NCBI GenBank assembly: GCA_038217285.1
Contig: JBBQPO010000051.1
Coordinates: 1-26,656, forward strand
From: Chthonomonadales bacterium
GTDB lineage: Bacteria; Armatimonadota; Chthonomonadetes; Chthonomonadales; Chthonomonadaceae
Direction of reading: 5' to 3'
DNA: 26,656 nt
Part shown: piece after piece, positions 1 through 8,414 of the stretch
How the letters are laid out: every line of letters starts with the position of its first letter
Numbering within the stretch: the first letter of the stretch is position 1
Position numbers and translations under genes: made by a program
Notes under the pieces: generated by a model
Database searches by the model: none
Told to the model about the DNA's origin: nothing
Seen by the model: the letters and a program-made list of their open reading frames with translations, nothing else

Positions 1-270
1 ATGTACTCCGGGCCGGTCTCAAACCGGAACGCGAACAGGAAGCGCTCGCCGCATGGCATCAGCGAACACCGTAGAGGTATTCTGCCCTTTTGCCGGGAAC
101 GTACCAGAGCGCAGGAACGTCGTCCGCAGTTGGGTTTAGTCACCATAAACTACGGAAATAGGGCTCCGATATCACTCCTCTCTGACCACGACGCAGCCAC
201 AAGTAGTTCGACGTCTACATGAATTTACCGGAAACTAGAGTACCTGTATATCCCCGGAGGACAAGTTGGT

Positions 271-849
271 TTGACAGAATTCACCGGTTCGATACTTGCA
301 CTTCAAACCGCGCCACGAACCCTCGTTGGGTATCACGGCTGCTCACAGGAAACTGCCGACCTTATCTTCGCGGAACAGCGGTTTCTTCCCTCCACGCGAG
401 CCTATGACTGGCTTGGTGAAGGTTTCTACTTTTGGGAGTACGCGCCTTATCGCGCCCTGGAGTGGGCAAGGCAGAGATGTAAGAAAGAAGGTGGCGTCCC
501 TGCTGTCATCCGAGCGACCATCAAGCTGGGCCGCTGCCTGAATCTTCTGGATATCGAGCATATCCCTGGACTGAGTGAGATGTACGACTCGTATATGGAA
601 ACTGTCGGAGCGGCACAGTTGCCGCAGAACACGGAGCGGGGAGCGCACTTTCTTGATCGGGAGATCATTGACGGCTATTGTCGCGCCATCGTCCGGCGTG
701 CTGACAAGCCTCTACAGACCGTCCGAGGCAGCTTTGCCGAGGGTGCCCCGATCTATCCAGGATCGAAGATATTACAGAAGGCGCACACACAGATTGCCGT
801 ACGTGATACGACTTGCATCTTGCGAGCATCTCTGGTACAATTCCCCTGA
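271..849 (+). CDS. Hypothetical protein, probable ADP-ribosyltransferase-like fold (DUF3990/PARP-like)
   Basis: 192 aa ORF, TTG start after GGAGG (256-260). Motifs GYHGC...YDWLGEGFYFWE...ALEWA...HTQIAVR resemble the H / aromatic / terminal-strand pattern of ART-like domains. Confidence 0.6.
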   Translation: MTEFTGSILALQTAPRTLVGYHGCSQETADLIFAEQRFLPSTRAYDWLGEGFYFWEYAPYRALEWARQRCKKEGGVPAVIRATIKLGRCLNLLDIEHIPGLSEMYDSYMETVGAAQLPQNTERGAHFLDREIIDGYCRAIVRRADKPLQTVRGSFAEGAPIYPGSKILQKAHTQIAVRDTTCILRASLVQFP

Positions 850-891
850 TAATGAGCGTTTTCACGTTCGAAAGAATGATTGGAGGTTGCC

Positions 892-1095
892 ATGAAATAC
901 AGAAAAGGAGATCCACGTAGCCCAGAAGTAATCAAGGCGGCTATCGAGATGGTACGTCAGATGACGCCGGAGGAAGCGTTGGCATTTTTCACCTACCGGA
1001 CGCCGGGAGTAGAGGAAACCGACATGACCGGTATGTTCTCCGAGAGCCAGCCACAAAAAAAAGTCACTATAAAGCATTCCGTCGCCGCTAAGTAA
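892..1095 (+). CDS. Small hypothetical protein (67 aa), possible partner/antitoxin of the upstream ART-like protein
   Basis: GGAGG at 882-886 then ATG at 892; 42 bp after the previous stop; followed by a terminator. Confidence 0.55.
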   Translation: MKYRKGDPRSPEVIKAAIEMVRQMTPEEALAFFTYRTPGVEETDMTGMFSESQPQKKVTIKHSVAAK

Positions 1096-1121
1096 GCGAT
1101 TTCAATATTTCTGCATTCCAC

Positions 1122-1149
1122 CCCGTCTTTTTTTGAGACGGGTTTTTTT
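1122..1149 (+). terminator. Rho-independent terminator
   Basis: Stem CCCGTCTT/GAGACGGG followed by T7. Confidence 0.8.
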
Positions 1150-1441
1150 GTTCCTACATGTCAAGTCTGAAAACAGAATCCGCTTTCTTGGAGAATTTCG
1201 ATGTTCGCAACTATTCGCGGGACACTGATCGAATTCCTGTCCGCTTGATTTCTCATGGAAGCGGGTCTGCGGCTAAGTTGCATATTCCCGAACCGCACTC
1301 GCAGACCGTTTCGCGTGCAGCGCGTTCGCGTTTCGACGTGGCCGCAGAGATAGGTAGCTAGACCACCGAAGCAATTATCAACACCGAACCAAATTAAGGA
1401 GGAACAACTGTAAGCGAAGCCGAATCCAGTGCCAGACCATT

Positions 1442-1610
1442 ATGATAACATCCGAACGACAACTCGAAAACGAAATCGTTGGCAAGCTCGTGGATTTGAA
1501 GTATGTGTACCGGGCGGACATCAGAGATAGAGCCGCGCTGGAGCAGAACTTTCGAGAGCAATTCCAGGCCCTCAATAGGGTCCATCTTACGCATGGCGAG
1601 TTCAATAGGC
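1442..1610 (+). pseudogene. hsdR: N-terminal fragment of type I restriction endonuclease subunit R, truncated at the IS end
   Basis: SERQLENEIVGKLVDLKYVYRADIRDRAALEQNFREQFQALNRVHLTHGEFNR resembles HsdR N-termini; the resemblance stops at the IS inverted repeat. Confidence 0.7.
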
Positions 1611-3181
1611 CTAGCAGTCTGTCGGAGAGACTCGTCAGATATTCTCTCCACCCCTGAAAAGCCTGTGTTTGTTCAGGCTGGTCGGCTGATCCATTCCTCG
1701 GAGTTTCCGCAAAACGTCGCGAAACGTCCGAAAGGATCGAAAAAAACCCTCTTGCGGACCTATCCCGACCACTTTAAGCGTTCGACAAGACGTGCAAGCG
1801 CCGCAGGTTGTACGCCAAGCACACCAGAAACCATTCGCCCGCCGCAGACGCCAGACCCCGTAAGGAGAATTGCCGGAAACCCAACACCTCCTTGATCTGA
1901 CCGAACATGGGCTCAATCGTGCATTTACGACGCCGATAGATCGCCTTGCCAAGCGCGGTGCGCAACTTGTAAGCCATCTTCTCCCGCGGCGTCGCTCCTT
2001 CCGGAGGAGCGGGACCTGCCTCTGCAAAGTAGGCTTCCCAGCCTCCGGAGTGATCCGCCCGTCCGGTGGCAATGTAGGCTTCAATGGCGCGTGCTTCCAA
2101 GGTGGAGAGAGTGGCGGAACCGAAGAAGCCGCAGTCCAGAGCCGCCGCCTTCGGAGAACCGAGTTCTTCGGGAATGCTGTCGAGAGTGGGAGCGGCCTCC
2201 TGTTGGTCGTTGGCATGGTTGGAAAGGGAGGCACCCACGATGAAAAGCGCCTCTTGATCCACAGCAGCCTGGACATTGTAGTGTTGGTCGAAACCGTCGT
2301 CACGACTGTTTTTCATGATCCGGCTCTGGGGATCGGTGAAGTTGTACTGATCTTTGTCGCGTGGTCCTGGCGTAGGAGGAGCAGGCAGTTTCTTGCCGGT
2401 GTGCTTCTCCTGGTCGTCACGGGAACGCATCTTGGCTTCGTACTCGGCTTGTTCGAGGATCGTACGCTCAGCGGCGCGGGCTTCCAACACCGTTCTCGCC
2501 TCGGCCATACGTGCCAGACGGTCTTTGCGCCGGGTGATCTCCTTGGGCAGATCCATGCCTTCGGGCAAGGCACTCTTATCGGCTTGCTCGGCGAGGAGGA
2601 AGAGTTGTCGGACTTCCTCTGCCAACTTGGCTTCGATCTCTTTTAGGCGTTTGTAGGAGACGGCCTTGCTCTTGGAGGCATCGGCATGGATCTTGCTTCC
2701 ATCGAGGCTGATGTTACCGACCTTGAGTAAGCCCATCTCCTGAGCCAGGAGAAGGATCTGGACAAAGATGTTCTGGAGTTGGGGAAGGAAGGTCTTGCGG
2801 AAGTTGGCGATGGTGTCGTGATCGGGAGTGAGATTGCCTGCCAGGAAGCGGTAGGGAACGTTGTCTTTGCAGGCTTGCTCGATCTTTCTGGAGGAGAAAA
2901 CGCCGTTGGCATAGGCGTAGACCAGGAGCGCGAGAAGGACTTCGGGAGCATAGGGAGCTGCTCCTCGCTTTGCATAGTGCGCATAGAAAGCCGCGAGGTC
3001 CAGATCCTCGACGACATCGGCGATGAAACGGGCGAGATGATCTTGGGGAAGACAATCGCCCAATCGGACGGTCGTTTCGAGAGCCTCTTGATAGTTAACG
3101 GTGATGAATTGTCTGCTCATGCTCATAAGTGTGGCATATTCAAGGACGGGGAGAGATGCCGTCTCTCCGACAAACTGCTAG
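1611..3181 (-). mobile_element. IS1182-family insertion sequence including CTAG flanks
   Basis: Terminal inverted repeats CTAGCAGTCTGTCGGAGAGAC (1611-1631) and GTCTCTCCGACAAACTGCTAG (3161-3181), 20/21 match. CTAG at both ends is a likely target duplication. Encloses a transposase. Confidence 0.9.
1774..3126 (-). CDS. IS1182-family DDE transposase
   Basis: 450 aa. LPQDHLARFI, YAYANGVFSSRKIE, PDHDTIANFR, DGSKIHADAS, NFTDPQSRIM, YNVQ, YRRRKCTIEPMFGQIK..LGFRQFSLRG motifs. Confidence 0.93.
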   Translation of the reverse strand: MSMSRQFITVNYQEALETTVRLGDCLPQDHLARFIADVVEDLDLAAFYAHYAKRGAAPYAPEVLLALLVYAYANGVFSSRKIEQACKDNVPYRFLAGNLTPDHDTIANFRKTFLPQLQNIFVQILLLAQEMGLLKVGNISLDGSKIHADASKSKAVSYKRLKEIEAKLAEEVRQLFLLAEQADKSALPEGMDLPKEITRRKDRLARMAEARTVLEARAAERTILEQAEYEAKMRSRDDQEKHTGKKLPAPPTPGPRDKDQYNFTDPQSRIMKNSRDDGFDQHYNVQAAVDQEALFIVGASLSNHANDQQEAAPTLDSIPEELGSPKAAALDCGFFGSATLSTLEARAIEAYIATGRADHSGGWEAYFAEAGPAPPEGATPREKMAYKLRTALGKAIYRRRKCTIEPMFGQIKEVLGFRQFSLRGLASAAGEWFLVCLAYNLRRLHVLSNA

Positions 3182-3428
3182 GAGCATGTCGGCGATAGCG
3201 ATGTTGGTGTAGCCCTGGCCCTTGAGGAGCAGACAGGGCAATCGCTCGCGCAAGCGAGGAAATGTGACATAGAACTTTACTGCCGTGTTCATACGGACCT
3301 TGTCTCCCGAGCGCTGAGCGAACCAAAGCATCTGGTCTGTGGAGCGACTCTGGTTCTGCTCGCGTAGTGACAGCAAAAGGGTCGAAGACGTTCCGGGCCG
3401 ATGTGCGTCCGAGCAGGAGCAGAAGATC

Positions 3429-4565
3429 GTGAGCAGCGGAAAACTTCGCATTGGGATCGTGGGCAAGCGCGGACTGGCCTTCGTATCGGGGTTCCGGGCC
3501 GTGCCGGAGGTCGAGGTGGCGGCACTGTGCGACCTCGATCCCGGCCTACTGCGCGAGGAAGGCGAGCGGCACGGCATCGCACGACATTTTACGGAGTTCG
3601 ACGCGATGCTGGAGGCAGTCGATGCCGTTGTCGTGGCGACTCCCATGCCGCTGCATGTGGCGCAGAGCGTGATCGCGCTCCAGGCAGGCAAGCATGTGCT
3701 CTCCGAAGTGACCGCTGCTGTCTCGCTCGACGAGTGCTGGCGACTGCGGGACGCCGTGCAGGCTTCCGGCAAGACCTATATGCTGGCGGAGAACTACTGC
3801 TACTTGCAGCCGAACGTGTTGATTCGCGAAATGACGCGGCAGGGTCTGTTCGGAACACCCTATTTTGGCGAGGGTGAGTATCTCCACGAGGTGCGGGCGC
3901 TGCATCATCATGCCGACGGTAGTCCCACCTGGCGCGCCTTGTGGCAGGTCGGCGTCAACGGCTGCACCTATGGCACCCACAGCCTGGGTCCGGTGATGCA
4001 GTGGTTCACCGCCGCCGATCCGAGCGAGCGCATCGCGACCGTGACCTGTCTCGGCACGGGCCGCCACACCGACCCCGCGCACCCGCACGACGACACCACC
4101 CTGATGCTCTGTCAACTCCGCAGCGGCAAGCTCATCAAGATCCGGCTGGATATGCTGTCGAATCGCCCGCATCTGCCCACCTACTACTCGCTGCAGGGCA
4201 CACAGGGCGTCTACGAGGCCGCGCGCTTTCCCGGCGAAGAAGGGCGCCTCTGGCTCGGAGAGAATCGGCCCGAGGAGCACCGCCGGTGGCAGCCGCTGAG
4301 CGCCTTCGAGGAGCATCTCCCCGCCCGATGGCGCGAACGCGCGAAGGAAGCGGCGCAGGCTGGACACGGCGGCGGAGACTATCATATCGGCCGCGAGTTC
4401 GCGGAGGCCTTGCGCGACGGCACCCCACCCCCGATAGATATCTTCGATGCCCTGGAGTGGACCGCCGCCGGCCTCTGCTCCCAGCTCTCCATCGCCAACG
4501 GCGGCCTCCCCATACGCGTCCCCGATTTCCGTGATTCAAATCAGCACCCGCTCACCCTGGATTGA
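3429..4565 (+). CDS. Gfo/Idh/MocA family oxidoreductase
   Basis: LRIGIVG, DAVVVATP..H, GKHVLSEV, ENYCY, YGTHSLGP, GHGGGDY motifs. GTG at 3429 after AGGAG preferred over the 3339 start. Confidence 0.9.
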   Translation: MSSGKLRIGIVGKRGLAFVSGFRAVPEVEVAALCDLDPGLLREEGERHGIARHFTEFDAMLEAVDAVVVATPMPLHVAQSVIALQAGKHVLSEVTAAVSLDECWRLRDAVQASGKTYMLAENYCYLQPNVLIREMTRQGLFGTPYFGEGEYLHEVRALHHHADGSPTWRALWQVGVNGCTYGTHSLGPVMQWFTAADPSERIATVTCLGTGRHTDPAHPHDDTTLMLCQLRSGKLIKIRLDMLSNRPHLPTYYSLQGTQGVYEAARFPGEEGRLWLGENRPEEHRRWQPLSAFEEHLPARWRERAKEAAQAGHGGGDYHIGREFAEALRDGTPPPIDIFDALEWTAAGLCSQLSIANGGLPIRVPDFRDSNQHPLTLD

Positions 4566-4575
4566 ACAGAGCAGG

Positions 4576-4676
4576 AAATCCCCGTGAGGGGATTTGGGAT
4601 CAGCGCGGAGCGCATTCCTATTTTGCAGGAAGAAATCCCTGGGGGAATAGGGGATTTGGAATGCCGCAAAGCGGCG
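4576..4676. repeat. Two tandem REP-like palindromic units between convergent genes
   Basis: AAATCCCC-gtga-GGGGATTTGG (4576) and AAATCCCT-gggggaata-GGGGATTTGG (4633); related copy at 19154-19220. Confidence 0.6.
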
Positions 4677-4704
4677 ACTTCTTAAGGAATACAAGAGAAG
4701 AGGA

Positions 4705-6315
4705 TCAGGTTCTCTGTGCGTTGGAATCCTTGCCTTTTCGGTGGGATAGATGCCAGGCCCCTCCCCAGAGGATAGCATAAGCAGCGACAACGAGGACGGG
4801 AGAAAACTCTCTGATGGGGAGGCTGGCCCACGTCGGGGCGGCGAGCAGGTGTGTCATCGAGATGATGTAGGCGAGCAGAGTGTCCAGCACTTTGTCGAGG
4901 GGGAGGGATAAGATCGGCACGACCGTTCCCAGGGCTGTCGCGAGGAAGCCGAGGCCGATTATCGGCAGCACGACCGGTACGATCAACAGGTTGGCGACGA
5001 CACCGACCACCGGAATCGCGTGGAAGTAGTAGGCGACGAGCGGCAGCGCCCCGATCTGCGCCGCAAGGGCGATCAGGAAAATATCCAGCGCGAACTTCCC
5101 GACGACGCCCGACGGTCCGGATGGGAGCGCCTCCTCCGGCACGCTCTTCCGGAGGCGCTTCATCAGCGGCATCAGGAACGCGACAGTGATCACGATACCG
5201 AACGAGAGCTGAAATCCAGTATCGAAGAGACTCTGCGGACTGCCTACCAGTAGAATCAGCGCGGCCAGTGAGAGGGTGTTGGGCAGGCAGGGTTCGCGTT
5301 CCAGCAGCATTCCGCCGAGAAAGACCACGGCCATGATCGTGGCCCGCGTCATGGCGACACGTTCGCCGGTCATCGGGATATAGAGCGCCAGACAGAGGAG
5401 AGTCAACAGGAGAGCAGGGCGGGGCAGCAGGCGCACTCCTCGAAACAGTCCGAGGAGCAACGCCATGACCAGCCCGACATGAAGGCCAGCGGTCGCCAGA
5501 ATATGCGTGGTCCCCGTTCGCTCAAAATCTTCGCGCAGTTCCGCAGGCAGATTCGCCCGATCCCCGAGCAGAATTCCGCTGAGAACGGTCGCGCGTTCCG
5601 GTGAAAAATGGGTGTGTGCATAACGCAGCACGGCCTTTCGCAAGGTGTAGGCCAGGGTCAAAAAGGAGCTGCCGCCCTGTCCTGCTTCCGTGACGACATG
5701 CCAGTCGGTGGGCCGCAGAGCAAACAGTGTCGCATGGATTCCATTGTGGTTCAGATAGGTACGATAGTCGAATCCGCCCGGATTGCGTGGGCCTGGGGGC
5801 AACTCCAGCCGCCCGTATACTGAGATCGTATCGCCATAACGAGGCAGGTTCTGGGATACGGATGTATCCTGTTGTTGAGAGGGTAATGTGATACGTAGTT
5901 CTACCTTCCCGGTCACAGAGCGCATCGCACCGTCTGGGGCTGTCAGGGAAGGCGAGCTCTCGGCGGCGGTAGTTCGAAGGGTCAATCGTGCGGAGACGGG
6001 GCCAGCATCCGACTCTCTCTGCAACAGTTCGATATCGGAGTCTACGACGCCTGTCAACGTGATAAGGCAAGGAGCGGCATTTGCGATGTCGTTTGCCGCC
6101 CATCGGGTATGCAGGCCATAGTCCAGACTGCCGACCAACCCGACGGCGAGAGCGAGAGCGTACGGCAGCCAGACCGTGCGGCGCGTCAACAGCAGCATTC
6201 CGCTCATGCCAGCCAACGCCGCCAGGCCGCCCCAGACCAGCCACGCGGCCGACGCAGCCGCCAGGATACCTGCTCCAAATGCCAGCGTAAACACGACCAG
6301 GGGACGAAGCGTCAC
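4705..6315 (-). CDS. comEC: ComEC/Rec2 family competence membrane protein (DUF4131/OB + competence domain, no C-terminal MBL domain)
   Basis: RNPGGFDYRTYL, GILLGDR, FERTGTTHILATAGLHVG, RATIM, GFQLSF, ANLLIVP; multiple TM segments. Confidence 0.9.
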   Translation of the reverse strand: MTLRPLVVFTLAFGAGILAAASAAWLVWGGLAALAGMSGMLLLTRRTVWLPYALALAVGLVGSLDYGLHTRWAANDIANAAPCLITLTGVVDSDIELLQRESDAGPVSARLTLRTTAAESSPSLTAPDGAMRSVTGKVELRITLPSQQQDTSVSQNLPRYGDTISVYGRLELPPGPRNPGGFDYRTYLNHNGIHATLFALRPTDWHVVTEAGQGGSSFLTLAYTLRKAVLRYAHTHFSPERATVLSGILLGDRANLPAELREDFERTGTTHILATAGLHVGLVMALLLGLFRGVRLLPRPALLLTLLCLALYIPMTGERVAMTRATIMAVVFLGGMLLEREPCLPNTLSLAALILLVGSPQSLFDTGFQLSFGIVITVAFLMPLMKRLRKSVPEEALPSGPSGVVGKFALDIFLIALAAQIGALPLVAYYFHAIPVVGVVANLLIVPVVLPIIGLGFLATALGTVVPILSLPLDKVLDTLLAYIISMTHLLAAPTWASLPIREFSPVLVVAAYAILWGGAWHLSHRKGKDSNAQRT

Positions 6316-6374
6316 CGACCTCTCCTCTCACCGCGCCAAAGACAGAGCCGCCGATGAACCGGCGTACCAGGGAG

Positions 6375-6403
6375 ATTATAGGTCGGCAAGCGGCCAGAGT
6401 CAA
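6375..6403 (-). promoter_or_regulatory. Sigma-70-type promoter for comEC
   Basis: Minus strand TTGACT (6398-6403) - 17 bp - TATAAT (6375-6380). Confidence 0.7.
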
Positions 6404-6421
6404 GCGCGTCTGTTCGCCCTG

Positions 6422-7117
6422 CTAACTCAGGCGGCAGATGGGGCAGATTCGGTAAGGCGTTTTGTGGAGGGAGTCGCAGCGAGGACAGACCTTCCAGTGG
6501 TGTTCCAGACGCCAGTGACGCAGGCGGGCTTCGAGGGTAATGCGGCGGGCGATACTCTCCCGAGCGTGTTCGTCCGTGATCGAAAAGAGAGCTTCCAGGC
6601 TGGCGCGAAGACGCTCTCGCTCGTGAGGTTCCAGAACCAGCGCGGCGAGCTCTTCATCGGTCGGGTTGTCCGGGTCGGCAGGCGGTTCCGGCGGCGCAAT
6701 GCCCTGCGCCCGGAAGATGATCTCGGTGATGACCTGCGCGCCGAGCAGGCGATTGAGGCCCAGCAGCAGGCGCGCCTTGTGCAGCATCAGCTCGTGGGAC
6801 CAGACGGAGCTTTTGGTGCGCACGAACAGCACGCCGTCGCGCACCGACTCGGCCTGCGTCGCGGCAGCGGCCTGCGCACCTACCACACGCGGCCAGTAGG
6901 CCAGCGCCAGGCTCTCCCGAATCTGGGTGGCGCTGTCCATGCGGTTGATGGCGTTCGCGAGCGCCGCCGCGATGGGACTGTTGCGCAGGGCGGGCGGCGT
7001 GGACTCACTCCGCGCTTCCGACGACGCTTTCCGGCTCTGCCAGGTCGGCCGCTTCTCCGAGCTTCGGTTCCGATCGGGGGAGGGTGGATTTTGAGGATCG
7101 GGGTCTTCGACTGACAT
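6422..7117 (-). CDS. dciA: DUF721/DciA family protein with C-terminal Zn ribbon (start uncertain)
   Basis: WPRVVG...A.....VRDGVLFV.T.SSVWSHEL...K..LL..LN is the DUF721 pattern; CPRC...CPIC at the C-terminus; typical position after recF. Confidence 0.8.
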   Translation of the reverse strand: MSVEDPDPQNPPSPDRNRSSEKRPTWQSRKASSEARSESTPPALRNSPIAAALANAINRMDSATQIRESLALAYWPRVVGAQAAAATQAESVRDGVLFVRTKSSVWSHELMLHKARLLLGLNRLLGAQVITEIIFRAQGIAPPEPPADPDNPTDEELAALVLEPHERERLRASLEALFSITDEHARESIARRITLEARLRHWRLEHHWKVCPRCDSLHKTPYRICPICRLS

Positions 7118-8366
7118 CAGGTGTTACCGTTCCGGCAAGGACCCGAAAGGTCGTCGCCTCGTCCAGGATCTCCTTCGGGAAGGAGCGTAAATTGGTGCAG
7201 GTCAGAAAGGTCTGGCCGCGACGGCGCACCCAGCTCAGAAGGTGCTTACGGCGGGCATCGTCCAGATCGCTCATCACATCGTCGAGCAGCATCACCGGCG
7301 GCTCCCCCACATAGTCCTCGATAAGCTGAAACTCGGCCAGTTTCAACGCCAGAACGACCGTTCGCTGCTGCCCCTGCGAGCCGTAGATACGGGCATCGGC
7401 GCCGTTGATGAGAAAAATCAGGTCGTCACGCTGCGGACCAAGCAGTGTCGTGCCTCTACGGGCCTCATCCAGACCTACCCCCCCTAAGGCCCGGCGAAAA
7501 GCATTTGCAATCGCCTCCGTGGCGCTGAGGGGCGATTCCGGACGAGTCTGCGGCAGAGTCGGTGTCTCGGACTCCGCGCTGGCCTGCGCTTCCGCCAGAT
7601 ATTGGTCTTCCGCCGAAGATTCCCGCAGCCTATCGGGCTCTCCGCACCGGGGCAGCGCAATGCTCGGCAGATAGCGCACTTCCAGACCCTCTTTGCCATC
7701 GGTCAATTCGCGATGAATCTGATCGGCCAACGGCGCCAGTCGCTCGATGTAGAAACGGCGCTTTTCGAACAGGGGCGCGCCGAACTGGATCAACTGCTGG
7801 TTCCAGACGTCCAGGCCGACCTCGTCCGGAGGCCGCGGCCGCTCCCGCAGCTCCCGCAGGAGACGATTCCGCTGCTCCAGCACCCGCTTGTAGTGGCCCA
7901 GGTCGTAGACGTATCGCGGGCTGATCTGAGAGATCTCCACGTTCAGATAGTGCCGCCGCGTGGAAGGCTCGCCCGTCACGATCGGCATGTCTAGGGAGCC
8001 GAAGAACACCGCATTGAACTGTCCCAGAATATCGACGACGCGGCTGCGTTTCAGGCCGTTGACCCTAACCGCCTTTTTGTCGCTCTGAAAGACCGATACC
8101 TGAATCTCGGCATCGCCCTCCCGCTCTCGCGAAACCTCCGCCGTCACATGGGCCATCTCCGATTCGCGAAAAATCATCTCCGATTCGCGACCGGCCCGGA
8201 AGGAGCGCGTGGTCGCCAGCAGGGAGAGGGCTTCCAGCACATTGCTCTTGCCCTGGGCGTTCGGCCCATGCAGAATATTCAGACCCTCTCCCGGCGTCAG
8301 ATCCAGCGTGGTGTAGTTCCGAAATCCACTCAGTTTCAGTTGGCAGACACGCATGACGCTTACCAC
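7005..8366 (-). CDS. recF: DNA replication/repair protein RecF (start 8366 GTG or 8354 ATG)
   Basis: FRNY, Walker A GPNAQGKSN, SFR, GPQRDD, signature GSQGQQR, Walker B LLDDVMSDLD. Confidence 0.97.
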   Translation of the reverse strand: MVSVMRVCQLKLSGFRNYTTLDLTPGEGLNILHGPNAQGKSNVLEALSLLATTRSFRAGRESEMIFRESEMAHVTAEVSREREGDAEIQVSVFQSDKKAVRVNGLKRSRVVDILGQFNAVFFGSLDMPIVTGEPSTRRHYLNVEISQISPRYVYDLGHYKRVLEQRNRLLRELRERPRPPDEVGLDVWNQQLIQFGAPLFEKRRFYIERLAPLADQIHRELTDGKEGLEVRYLPSIALPRCGEPDRLRESSAEDQYLAEAQASAESETPTLPQTRPESPLSATEAIANAFRRALGGVGLDEARRGTTLLGPQRDDLIFLINGADARIYGSQGQQRTVVLALKLAEFQLIEDYVGEPPVMLLDDVMSDLDDARRKHLLSWVRRRGQTFLTCTNLRSFPKEILDEATTFRVLAGTVTPDVSRRPRSSKSTLPRSEPKLGEAADLAEPESVVGSAE

Positions 8367-8414
8367 GCTCCGTTTCTCGTCGCACTCGGTTCTTCCAGGC
8401 TGTCAAAACAGAGA

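Noticed and set aside
1-222. ORFs at the left edge on either strand
   Set aside because: No recognisable motifs; cannot be supported.
8401-8406. TTGACA (-35) upstream of recF next to two boxes
   Set aside because: No acceptable -10 at the expected spacing.
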